In this document: piece after piece, positions 1 to 11,000 of the stretch
Numbering within the stretch: the first letter of the stretch is position 1
Layout of the letters: every line of letters starts with the position of its first letter
Source: Takakia lepidozioides
Lineage: Eukaryota > Plantae > Bryophyta
DNA length: 64,000 nt
Assembly (NCBI GenBank): GCA_030704615.1
Contig: CM060734.1
Span: 38,998,001-39,062,000 of the forward strand
Direction: 5' to 3'
Program-made: the position numbers and the translations under genes
Notes under the pieces: model-generated
Told to the model about the DNA's origin: nothing
Seen by the model: only the letters and a program-made list of their open reading frames with translations
Databases searched by the model: none

Positions 1-1054
1 CACTGCCAAGTTTGGGTCAACTCTGTCATCGACATTGGGAAGGTAACATGGCACACAATTACGCACATAGTCTTTCCAAGTCATGCCATCCCGACCCTCC
101 AAGATTAGGACTCCTGAGGGCAACACCTCTCGAACCCTCAGAATAACACGCTCTGCAATGACATCCAGGGTCGTAGGAGCAGTATGCTGCAAATAAACAT
201 AGTCACCCGGGCTAAACCGCCAAATCCCAGGACGATATCCTCCACCACGTATAGTGGCATACCTCAACATATCACGGTGTTGTGCAATGGCAAGGTTCTC
301 AAAAGCCATGGGCATGATTTTCTTGAACAACTCTGCACGCTGATCACATGCACGTACCCAAACGTCCGGATCGTCAAGGTTAAGGACTTGAGTAGTGTCT
401 CTACGAATGGCTGTAGGCAAATCCCGCTCTTGGCCAAAGAGAAGAAAATATGGTGAGAAGGAGGCAAGTGATGCTTGTTTGCTGAACCTGTAGCCCATGG
501 CTAACCAAGGCACCTGAAGATCCCAATCTCCTAAGTGTCCCTTCTGCAATCTATACTTGCGCAAACCCTTCTTCACCGTATGAACAACTTGCTTTGCCAA
601 GTCATCGGCCTCAGGATGATCCCGAGAAGTGGTGCAGTGGTCTATCAAGGTTTTATCACACAAAGCCTGAAACTCCCCCAAGAACTCTCTCCCTTGGTCC
701 GTGAGTACCTCAGCTGGAGCACCAAATCAGCTAAGCACACGATCCAAGAATGCATACGCAGCCCCCTCACTAGCCTTGTCAGGCAATGGAACCAACTCAA
801 TCCACTTGGAGAAGTGCTCCACCATCACCAACACATATCTATGGTGGCGCATAGTCAGTGGCAACGGTCCTGCGAAGTCAAGACTCCACCTGTAGCCCAA
901 TCGGGGCGTTGAATGAAGCACGCACCCTGTCATACACCATGCACCTAACCACGAACTGTTGCACCTCTGTATGCATACCACGCCACCAATACTGCCCCTG
1001 CAGTAAACTGTGAGTGCGTCGCACTCCAAAATGCCCCAACTCCTCATAGACATG
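1..1054 (-). pseudogene. Gypsy integrase (HHCC-like N-terminus + DDE core), frameshifted, with stops
   Basis: LGHFGVRRTHSLLQGQYWWRGM, RWSLDFAGPLP...VMVEHFSKWIELVPL, S*FGAPAEVLTDQGREF; frameshift near 905; C-terminus continues to the window edge (NCVPCYLPNVDDRVDPNLAV). Confidence 0.9.
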
Positions 1055-1855
1055 TCATACTAACTGTGCACGCTGTGTGGGGTGAGGCACAATCCTCACC
1101 CGACCATCCTCCCATACTCGGAGCAGGTGTATCCCCTCCCACTTGAACCTCTTGGCTCGTTGCAGGATCCGATCCCTCTCCTTGGCAGTCACAGTGGCTG
1201 TCGTGTCTCCAGTACGGAGGTAGTCCAACACAGCCAAATCCTCATGTATATCTCGGGTACCACCTGGCTCATCATTAGCCTCAGGGTCCTCAGACACTCC
1301 GTCTACAGTCATCCCTGTTGTAGGTCCAACCTTACCTCCCGATGCCAAGATACATAAAAAGGCAGATGCATGCCATCCCGGCACCATCTCCTCGTCCGTC
1401 TCACCATGCCACCGAGCTCCAGTGTCATCCTGCTGGCTCGTGCATGGATTGCGACTCAATCCATCCGCATCCCGATTGACCAAACCCGGTCGATGCACAA
1501 CCTGAAAGTCATACTCCTGGAGTATGAGTGCCCACCGTGCAAGCTTCCCCGTAAGCTTGTCTGACTCCATCAACCACTTGAGTGGCTGGTGATCCATGAT
1601 AAGGGTGAAGAGATTGCCATATAGATAGCACCTGAAGTGTGCCACGGCCCACACTGCAGCTAAGCACTCTCCCTCATATGAGCTGTACTTAGCATCTGCA
1701 GTGTTGTTCGAGCGGCTAGCATAAGCCATTACGAACTCTCTTCCCTCATCATCCACTTGTGTGAGCACCGCTCCAAGCCCCAACATTCTCCAATCCGTAT
1801 GCAGCTGAAAGGGACGCCCCCTGATAGGTCGTCTCAGGATAGGCGCCAAGGTCAA
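1055..1855 (-). pseudogene. Gypsy RNase H domain
   Basis: FQLHTDW..LGLGAVLTQ, YASRSNN..AKYSSYEGECLAAVWAV.HFR.YLYG, DHQPLKWL, ARWALILQEYDF.VVHRPG..N..ADGLSR. Confidence 0.93.
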
Positions 1856-1903
1856 CCTCGCCTTGAGCTCTTGAAAAGCTCGTTCCTACTCATCTTCCCA
1901 CTG

Positions 1904-2818
1904 TCACTCCTGGTCCACCTTGGTCAACTTGGTTAGAGCCTTTGCAATGGCACTAAATCCCTTGATAAACCGTCTATAATAGTTTGCCAACCCCATGAAA
2001 GCTCGAACTCGGTTCACATCCGTGGGGCGTGGGATTTGTGCAATGGCCTCTACTTTAGTCTGTTGTATCCCCAATCCTCCAGGATATATCATGTGACCCA
2101 GATACTCAATCTGGTTGTGGAAAAACTTGCACTTCCCCAGATGCAACTTCAATCCGTGCGCTCTCAAGCGCTCCAATATCACTTGAAGGTGTCTCTCATG
2201 CTCCTCCACTGTAGCACTAAAGATGATGATGTCATCTATGTAGCACCGAGAAAAGTCCTCCCCTGCTAGAATCCTATTCATGACTCTCTGAAACTCTACA
2301 GGAGCATTCTTAAGCCCAAATGGTAAGAACCGCCACTGATATAGGCAATCCTTGCCGTGCTCATTGATCCCCCAGAATGTCGTCTTCTGCTTGTCCGCCT
2401 CCTTGATCGGCAACTGGTGATATCCGGATTGTAAATCCAAAGTGCTAAAGACCTTAGCATGCCCAATGGCATCAAAGATCTCCTCTGGTGTTGGCATGGC
2501 ATACTTATCGGACTTGGTCTGACGATTTACAGGCCGGTAATCACCGCACATACGTCTCTCCGTCCAATTGCCATAGACATCCTTCTTGGCTGCAATCACT
2601 GTGGCTAAAGCATACTCTCCACCAGAGAGCTCCACCAAACCAGCCTCCCAGAGATCTTGAGTCCTCATCTGAATCAAAGACCTCTCTATGTCACTGTATC
2701 TATAGGATCTCCAAAAGATTGGCGTGTCAGTGGCCAACTCAATACGGATCTCTTGACCCTTCAGTGCTCCCAAGTCCTTCAAACTGAAGGCAAAGCAATT
2801 CATGTAAGCCCTTAGCAA
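1904..2818 (-). pseudogene. Gypsy reverse transcriptase
   Basis: RMCGDYRPVN, FSTLDLQSGYHQ, LPFGLKNAP, YIDDIIIFS, KC.F...IEYLGH, RAFMGLANYYRRFI. Confidence 0.96.
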
Positions 2819-3249
2819 CCGCCGTATACGTCGTCTCTCTCCTCCGGTGACAATGGGTCTAATGTCAGGCTTCCAATTGTCCTCCGTAACTGCAACCTTA
2901 AGTCCAGTGGGCTTAGAGGTAGAGAACGCGTCCAGTGGTTGCTATGTTGCAACCTCTTGAGCAGTACTCCCTACCTGCTCAGTCAATGACAAGGCCTCAT
3001 CCTGCCCCATCATCTCATCCTCGAGGACTTCCTCAACCCGAGAAAAATCCCCAACCTCATCCATCACTGCTACCTTGGCTGCCAACTCCCTCTGAACCTC
3101 GAGCACCTCCCACGTGTGCCATGGATGCCTGCACCCCGTGGTCCTCACATGCTCGCCCCCACCCACTGCTTGTACCGTCTCGGTAGGCAGAGAAACCATC
3201 GAGGGAAATGTACTCCGCACTCTGCGTTGCTCAGCCATAGCCAAGCTGA

Positions 3250-4195
3250 TAATCCAAGTCAAGCAATTGAGATCCATTGCTTGCCCCAACACCTGATGAC
3301 ATGATGCCTCAAAAAGAGACGGCACCGCCGTGGTACCAGTGGTAAAACCCATTGCCCGCTCACGCTCATCAGCATTGGGCTCCACTAACTGCTGCAACTG
3401 AGCATCCCACAGGAGGCCAGGTCCACTATCCCGGAAAGCATGCGATCCTGGGAAGCTGAGCAGTGTAGATAATGGTGCTCGTGGTTGACCCACCTTGTTC
3501 ACCACTGCCAAAGGCGAACGGTCATCGTGTCTCACACACTGAGACTGCCTCCCTGTGTCCAAAATGCTATCCACTGTGAGGTGTGTTGGTCGTTGCACCC
3601 CATCAAATGCACGCTTGAGCAGTGCGGGTGGCATCAAGTTAGTCCACCATAGCCGGGGACGATGAGCCTGTGACCCCACTGCAGCTGCATCTAGCAACAC
3701 TGTTGACCCAAGCCACGACCGGACTTGATGCACACTGGCCATCACCCTGGCCCAAGAATCGCCCATCAGTGGCACATTCTCCAAGATATATGCTGGAGAT
3801 ACAGCTTAATGAAGCTGCAAGTGGCGCAAAACCCGTACCATCTCCCAAAACAGACCCGACCTCAAGTCTCGCAATCCATTGCCTTGCCCGGCTGATGAAT
3901 GCCCTTGGCAGGGCCAATTTGCCACTACCAGATCAATGGAGCCAACCTGCTCCAAATCCTGTGCCCCCAGCAACGAAATGTCTGCTCGCAAGGCTTGTTG
4001 ATATCCACGAACTGCAGACACCGGCAACAACTCAGGGTACTGCTGCACCAACTGAGCAACATGGCAAAGTGAAACGCGTCGTGCAGTCTCATCCCTCTCC
4101 ACATACAGGTAACACCAAACTCGTACACCTGCCTATAACACAACAGCCAATCCGGTGCCGATCCCGCCAAACAAGTCCAGAAGACAAATGTCTTC
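3250..4195 (-). pseudogene. DNMT3-like C5-cytosine DNA methyltransferase domain embedded in the Gypsy polyprotein
   Basis: Motif I LLDLFGGIGTG; II/III YLYVERD..., ADI; IV IDLVVANWPCQGHSSAG (catalytic Cys codon 3908-3910) followed by GLRDLRSGLFWE; VI YILENV (3773-3781); VIII LDAAAVGSQAHRPRLWWTNL; IX ERERAMGF; X QVLGQAMD. Same frame as protease and RT; in-frame stops at 4133-4135 and 3806-3808. Confidence 0.93.
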
Positions 4196-4599
4196 ATCCG
4201 GATACTGCCACACAATCGGTGTGGTGTCCAATGGTGACAACTGAGGTGGTCCTGGTGCAATCCCCGCACGATCTTCATCTCCTGACAGTGCAAAAGCCTC
4301 TACCCAGGCTTGTTGCACCTGTCGATCAGCAACCCGCTGCAAATCCTTGCTCGAGCCCCACAATGGAGTCTGAGCAACCATGGCAGGCAACTCTGCCATA
4401 CCATACATGTCATCTTGATCTCCTAGAGGTGTGTCATCCTCTGAATGAGCGTTGCCCTCAAGCAACTCTCCAGGCCAACTCACTACAGTTGTGAATGTTG
4501 CTAGTATCGGCATCTTGCCCCGCTGGGCAACCGCAACTCCTCCTATGAACGTCACAAGGAGCTGCACACACCGGCCCTCCCCTGACTGCCATCCAGGCC

Positions 4600-5041
4600 T
4601 ATAGGAAGCTAACTCCTCCCAAAAATCCAGGGTGAAGCCCATGGGGTACAACACTGCCCCACCAATCATGACATCGTATGAGACCGCGTCTATCACAATG
4701 GCCTTGGCTCGCATCACTGAGCCATCTGTAGGGTGATCCTGCTGTAGTCTGATAGCCAACTCACGCCGTGTCATGCCCCGAACCTGCTCCAATCCTCCCA
4801 GAGACGTCTGTATCTGGAAAGGACAAGGCTCCATATCCGCCTCCGTGAGGCCCAAGCCTGCAATAGCAGCTTTGCCTAGCATCAATGGCTGAGCTCCCGA
4901 GTCCAACAAGACCCGCAGTGGCCGATACCTCTTGCCTGCCGGTCCACTCAAACAGAAAATGTCATCCTGGTTGTCTAACATAACAACTTCAAGTGTCACC
5001 ATGGCGCGCTCAATGGCTGGCCTAGCTGGCAGCTCCATCAA
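4600..5041 (-). pseudogene. Retroviral-type aspartic protease
   Basis: RVLLDSGAQPLMLG active site and YDVMIGG C-terminal motif in ORF 4133..5041. Confidence 0.88.
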
Positions 5042-5668
5042 CCTGGCAGCTGCAGCTTGTCATGGCGCCGCCGTGGCAGTCTTGACCCTCAAATCCGAGG
5101 ATCCCTCCGGCACTACACCTTTCACTATTTCCACAGAAGATGAAGTAACATCCCCACTCTCACAGAGTGCAGCTGCCAGCCTGAACACCTTAGCTGGTCT
5201 TACCCCCGGTGTCGCAATCATGGTAGCCGAGAACAATGGAGCCTGACACACAGATGTGGCCGCTCCCAACAGCACACTAGCTGCCGTAGCCTTGGCAACA
5301 CTAGGTAGTGGTGCTACCCGTGTAGCTCTCCCCAATGACATAGTAACCTCCGCCTCGGTAACAGTCGGGCAAGAACTAGGTGTCATGGATGGCGTCGACA
5401 CTGTCTCCGCCAATGTGAATGACCGAGGAAGCCTAGCCTGACGGCTTGCCTCCCTATGCTGTGGATCCAACTCCACCTCTGCACCTCGTGGCTCAGGAAC
5501 TCGTGCTGCTCCTCGAGTCACGGCTGCAGCAGACTCCACCTGCACTAGTGGTAGTGCTCCTCCGCACATGAATCCCATGCCTCCCATATCTCCTCCCTCA
5601 GGAACAGGAGGTGGACCATCCGGCCTTGGAGCCGGTACCACCTGAGTTGTAGCCATGGCAGTGAGCCT

Positions 5669-7100
5669 CTACTCTAGTTGTTGAAGCCGGTTGGCCATGC
5701 CTTGGTCAACACCCTGACCTCCGCGTCCTTGGCCATGTTGAGCTTGCCCTTGGCCTACACCTCGTGCCTGGCCACCTCGTCCTCTCTGGGCTGCCCCACC
5801 TCGCCCCCGGCCACCATTGTTCCCTTGGAACTGGCCTGGGTGCAACTCAGGATGCAAACCATAACATTGGGCCTCTCCATGCCCGTGCTTGCCACAATGC
5901 CTACACTGCAACTGTGCAGGCTATGCATGTGCCGACCCTTTGCCTCCCACTGGGCAATTCTTCTTGACATGGGGTCCTCCACATGTCCAACACACCACCT
6001 CCGTCCGTTGTTGGCCTGCAAATGAAGGGAGAGACCCCTGCATCTGAGGTCCTCTCTGTCCTTCCCTGAGCTTCACTTGAGCCCCCTTGTTCCCTTGAGC
6101 ACGTTGAGGTAGTGGTTGGCTAGAAGCACCACTACCCTGTGGTGTCTCCTTAGACAAAACTTCCATGACCACTCGTTCCTCCACCATGTTGAGCTCTATC
6201 CGCTCTGCCAGCAAAAACACATTTATTAAGGTGGGTTGGGCCACTTGTAGGAGAGTTGCATCCCGCACCCTTCTCCTCAGCTCCTTGTTCAATATCCCAT
6301 ATCTGCCTGAGCTTCCGTAACCCCTTGGGTTACATTTATCAAGTGCCTCATGCGAGTAAAAGCCTCCCTCAAGCTCTCAGTAGGCTTCCGTTGGAACTCT
6401 TGCAAGCTCCGCAACTTCTCTGTCCTCACCCCTTGGTAGTTCTATCACAACTCTTCGAAGAACTCCACAACAGGGTTGAAGGTAGGCACGGGTATTGGTA
6501 CTAGTGCGGTAGTGGCTTGGGTGGACGTCGTAGCTACGGTACCACCAGTCCCACTAGTCCCACTGCTACTTGTTGAAGCTGCCGGTGCAGCGGCAGGTGC
6601 AGCCACTGCCCTCGTGGCTCTAGTGCCCCTAGTGATGGAGACATAGTCAGGTGACCAGTACATCCTCCACTCCTCGATCTCAACCTCATGTAATCCACAA
6701 CTATTTACGCCTTTCATGGCATGGAAGGGGCTGTTTCAGTACCTTGAGGGGCCGCCTATGGATGATTACCATGATCCGCATTTGCTGCAAATCACACCAA
6801 CTATCAAACTCTTGGATAAAATCATCCAACTCGATGGTGCCCACCGCCCCAGAGTACCTTCATGGCCCCTTGGTAGCTCCATACATCTCTTCCATTGTGT
6901 CCCACAACAATGGCTAGGAAACAACTTGCATCGCCGGTGTGAGTCCTCCTGATTCACAATCCGAATCAGAACCTTCCGTAGAAGACACAGGAGATGAAGG
7001 TGGCCTAAACCACACACCTCGTCTCGTGTACCCACTAGTATCGCTAGTGCTCAAACCGGCACTGTCCCCAGCAACTAGTGGCACCTCCGTGTTGACAAAC
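5669..7100 (-). pseudogene. Gag with two zinc knuckles and an RGG-rich tail
   Basis: CWTCGGPHVKKNC and CRHCGKHGHGEAQC knuckles, GRGRGG repeats; upstream capsid-like segment IELDDFIQEFDSWCD...EIEEWRMYWSPDY with an internal micro-inversion and a frameshift near 6300. Start is approximate. Confidence 0.8.
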
Positions 7101-7819
7101 TGTCACTCAACCGGTTATGAACATGTCCCTAACCCCCTCTCCACAAGGTAACCGGGTAGAGAACCTGTTGCGGCTTATGGTTTGGAATACTAGGTTCCTA
7201 ACATAGCCTACACCTACACCTGCATCCACCGCAAGCACTCCTATGGTTGGTTGGTCATAACCTCCAACCTCACCACAGGAGAAACAATGATGGTTTGAAT
7301 GGTCATTACCCCAGCCTCACCATTGACAGCATGCTCTAGGACTAGCCGGTGATCAAATCCGGACCAATCACCTATAAAAACAAGTGCCCACACAAAACTA
7401 ACATGGCGCACAGTCAAGCATGCAGGTATGGAGGGGATCCAAACACAAGAAATCAGAACGACAACTCCCCCACACCAAAAACAACTCCATGGTGTTGTTT
7501 TTGCAAGGACACCCCAGCCCAAACCCGGACTGACTATTGCCTCCACCTACGGAAAGGTCTTGGCCTAATGAGAGGGTGGAAAACTACGAGGAAGAGAAAC
7601 TAAAGCAATGCCTAACCCCAACATGCCCTCATCCCAACACTCTTTTTCTCATTTCTTCCCTCACTTGCATGACAATGGGAATATCATGAAGATACTCCTC
7701 AAACCGCCCTCCACGAGCTTCAAAATTCAGCCTTCAAGACCACATGTTAGTCCTTAGGCAGTTTACCAGTGCCTCCACGAGTCAGCACAGGCCGTCCATA
7801 GGTCAACACGGGCCACCAT

Positions 7820-8080
7820 AGACCAGCACAAGCCCAAACAGATCACTGGTCACAGCCGTCACAGCCCCACACAGGCCACAGCCTGTCACAGCCCTACACA
7901 GGTCACAGGATCATAGTCCCACAGGCCATAGCCTGTCATAGCCCCTCACAGCCCATCACATCCCGTCACAGCCCCACAGGCCACAAGGCACAGCCTGTCA
8001 CAGCCCCTCACAGCCCTACACAGGTCACATGATCACGGCCCTACATGCCACACCCCGTCACAGCCCGTCACAGCCCCATC
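7820..8080. repeat. Imperfect minisatellite (GTCACAGCCC-type units) in the retrotransposon 5' leader
   Basis: Repeated cacagccc/gtcacagcccc/acaggccacagcc units. Confidence 0.8.
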
Positions 8081-9918
8081 CATGACCACTCATGGCAGTT
8101 TAGCCATTTCTCCAAGGGGTTTAGCCACGCCAAGCTAGGGTTTGTGTCTCTTGGACTCTAGGCTTCTTTGCACCGAGCTATGGCGGCTGTGAAGAAATCA
8201 GCAAGGTATTCTTGCTCTTTCGGCTCCCACACACTACCAATAGTAGCCCTAAGCCATGAGGAAGATGGTTGCCACAAACCAAGCCTTCTTTCTCACTTTG
8301 ACTCCCTAAACACACCACTAAACTCAATGGCAAACAACCAAGCCTTGTTGGTTTCTAGCCCTTGTGAGCACTCATTCAAGCGTTTTCCTTGGCCATAATA
8401 TCTGTCTTAGAGCCTATTCCAGCCCCCTATACCTGCCACTTCAAGAGCCATGCTCTATCTAGGCTTGAGGTTGAAACCCCACCTCACATATGCCCTACAA
8501 GTGCTTTTCTTTCACCCAAGTGGGAACCAGCCCTAGCCCTTCCATTCTAGCTCTCTAAAGCTTGAAAATAAAAGCCTCAATGGGCTGACATGCTCCACAC
8601 ATGCCTCATTCTCACCATAAGAGAATCAGCTCCTTTGCTTCATTTCTTGCACCCACAAACCTGAAAATACAAGCTTCAGCGGGCTGAAAGCATGCTCCAC
8701 ACATGCCCTACAGGGAAACCAGCCCCTTCCTTCCTTTCTTGCACTCCCAAACCTGAAAGTACAAGCCTTCAATAGTCTGAAAGCATGCTCCACACATGCA
8801 TTGCCCTCACATAAGGGAAGTTAGCCCTTCCCTCTTCCTTGCTTGCCCTCCAAGCTTGAAGATGGAAGCTTCAATGGACTGCATGCATGCTCCACACATG
8901 CATCCTCTTCACACAAGAGGTAATATCAGCCCCCTATCTTGGCTCCTTGGCTCCTTGATGCTCTCTAAGACAAGACTAAGCACTCCACAGCCTTTGCCAA
9001 GCTCCTGAAACCCTAAGGCTTACATTTCCAGCCATAAGACACTCCTCTTCTGGTGCAAGAGCTCTTTTTCCAAGCTCTGAAACCCTAGGTGCACATTCCA
9101 TGGCCTTGCCGTACCTCTTAGCTCCTGTTCCAACCATGCTCTTGCCATGACAAGAGCCCTCTCAATGCTGAAGCTCGAGATTGAAACCCAATCTCAACAT
9201 ACTCCACAAAGTGCACTGATTTGCCCCAAGCCAAATCAGCCCTTTCGCTTGGTCTTGCAATCCTTCACACAATGAAAGCTCGCATTCCCAAGTCCAGTTC
9301 CTGCTCTTGACTGGTCATCTTCCCAATCGTGCTTGCTCATGCATGTACACAATCTGAAACCATCAAGGTGCTCTGGAATTACCTGCAGCATGGTGCTTTC
9401 ATCTCTGAAGCTGAAGATCGAATGCCAAGGTCTACCACCTCGTAACCCACATCGCCTCCGCTTCTAACAACCAAGAGCTCCACGTTGCTCCTTGCATAAC
9501 AACCTGGTTTCTCTCATTCTCAAGCAAAAACCACAAGTGCTACAACCAACTTGTATCTGGCACTCACAGATACGAGCTCATCTTTCTCGAGTGATAAAGA
9601 AGAAGAATACAAGCACAAGCTCATGCGAGCTCACAAAGCTGAAGCTTAAACTCATGCATATATAAACTCATCACTCAAATACAAGTCAAGCCAAGTGCAC
9701 CCCACGCCATGGGGAATCCACACTACGGCGCCATAGCTAGGCGCGGTGAGACTCAACTCGAGAAAGATGAGCCTCCCGCGCTTGCCGTGAAGATAACCAC
9801 TCCGGGGCCTAAATCTGCCTTGACCCCTGGATTGACACTTGGGCCAATCCCAAATGTCAATATGTAAAAGCTAGCTATTTCCTAGCTAGTTTCACACTAA
9901 TGGTAAAATAACTTGACA

Positions 9919-10743
9919 TCTTGTATCGGATGTCAATCTCTTACTCCAGAAACTATGAAACACTGTTTGTTATACTGCTTTGTTCTAGCTCATGTTTGGC
10001 ATTTGGTGCTTTTTTTTCATGCCTTTGTGGAACCCGGTCTGCTCTGCTCTCCCCGTCACTCTGCTGTTAAATGCAAACTCACAGGGTCTATGGAGTCTCT
10101 GTCCAGTTTGGGCAGCGTTACGTGCCCACGCTCAATGGAATATTTGGAAAGCTAGATGTTGATCATCGATTTTTGAGGGAAAGAGGAGCTGTGTGAAAAT
10201 TATCTTGTTTAGAGTTCACTCAGACATTCTGTCTGAGCCCAAAAAGGCGTGGGTTGTCCTCTGTGCAGTTATTTCCAGATCATGCTCCAAAACGAGAATA
10301 CTACAGTTACTTTCTGGCTTTGACAACACCTAGCTGGCGAAGGGTGGCTGTCTGTGCCGTAGAACCTCCGATACCACTGTCAGGTGGAATGACCACCTCC
10401 CACCGGGCTGGCAGCTCAATTAGCACTTGCCTCTCCTCTGTCGAGGGGGATGAATCTGATACCAATTGGAGGCACCGCCGTAGCTTCAGGGAAGGGAAAT
10501 CGAAAGCCCAGCTTTCCTTTTAGCCTTCCAAGCGCAAAAGAAGGGATCCTTGACTCCTACTCTAGGCACTTTCCATGCTATATCTGGAAGTTTAATCACT
10601 ACCCTTTCATTTAGTCCTTTGGTCATGGGGCGGTGTCCCCTTCATCAGCCTCCATGGCATGTCATGTGAGGTTATTTTTTCCTCTATACAAATAAAGTCT
10701 TAAGGTCTCCCTCTCGTCTTTTCACTAAATTTTTGAAAAAAAA
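9919..10743 (+). mobile_element. 3' end of an L1-type LINE (zf-RVT region, 3' UTR, A-tail)
   Basis: CIGCQSLTPETMKHCLLYC zinc-finger motif; A-run at 10736-10743; the partner copy continues into further L1 sequence. Confidence 0.7.
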
Positions 10744-10759
10744 CATGCCAAAATGATCG

Positions 10760-11000
10760 CACCTGGCTTACATGTCCACCAAGGCACTGTTCAAAAAGAC
10801 GTCTGATACAATTCCAGCTTTGACGATGTCATCATGGACCGCTTTGCCTTTTTCCAAAATTGCCAAGCTCACACATGCATTGCAAACACAAACGAACGCC
10901 ATTCAAACCCTCCCTATCGTTTGCTCACATATGTCTCCAAGGACATTCCTACCACACTTGGGCTTGTTAAATCTTGGCATGATCATAATATTCTATGTGA
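10760..11000 (-). pseudogene. PLS-class pentatricopeptide-repeat gene fragment
   Basis: Translates to ...CNACVSLAILEKGKAVHDDIVKAGIVSDVFLNSALVDM*ARC (L/S motif, cf. ALVDMYAKC). Confidence 0.75.

Larger units (their letters stand above)
1..9918 (-). mobile_element. Ty3/Gypsy LTR retrotransposon carrying a C5-DNA methyltransferase domain (decayed; 3' part runs off the left edge of the window)
   Basis: Minus-strand domain order gag(2 zinc knuckles)-protease-DNMT-RT-RNaseH-integrase (Gypsy order). ORF fragments starting at 6292, 5911, 5656, 5041, 4102, 3784, 2818 and 1855 are all in one reading frame, separated by single stops. Right boundary is tentative: the minus strand starts TGTCAAG at 9918, exactly where homology to the duplicated L1 fragment stops. 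No PBS identified. Confidence 0.9.

Noticed and set aside
3250-4195. Interpretation as a bacterial restriction-modification gene, contaminant or host DRM gene
   Set aside because: It is in frame within a Gypsy polyprotein, has no endonuclease partner, and its motifs are not permuted as in DRM.
3670-4494. 274-aa plus-strand ORF (and other antisense ORFs over TE genes)
   Set aside because: Shadow of the DNMT/protease frame; no motifs.
727-5923. All in-frame stops in the Gypsy ORF could be C>T products of 5mC deamination, suggesting the element was killed by methylation
   Set aside because: Any stop codon is one C>T from CAG/CAA/CGA, so this is uninformative without a consensus alignment.
9913-9936. 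8-bp hairpin TTGACATC/GATGTCAA at the duplication junction
   Set aside because: More simply explained by an LTR TG terminus abutting the L1 fragment; likely chance.
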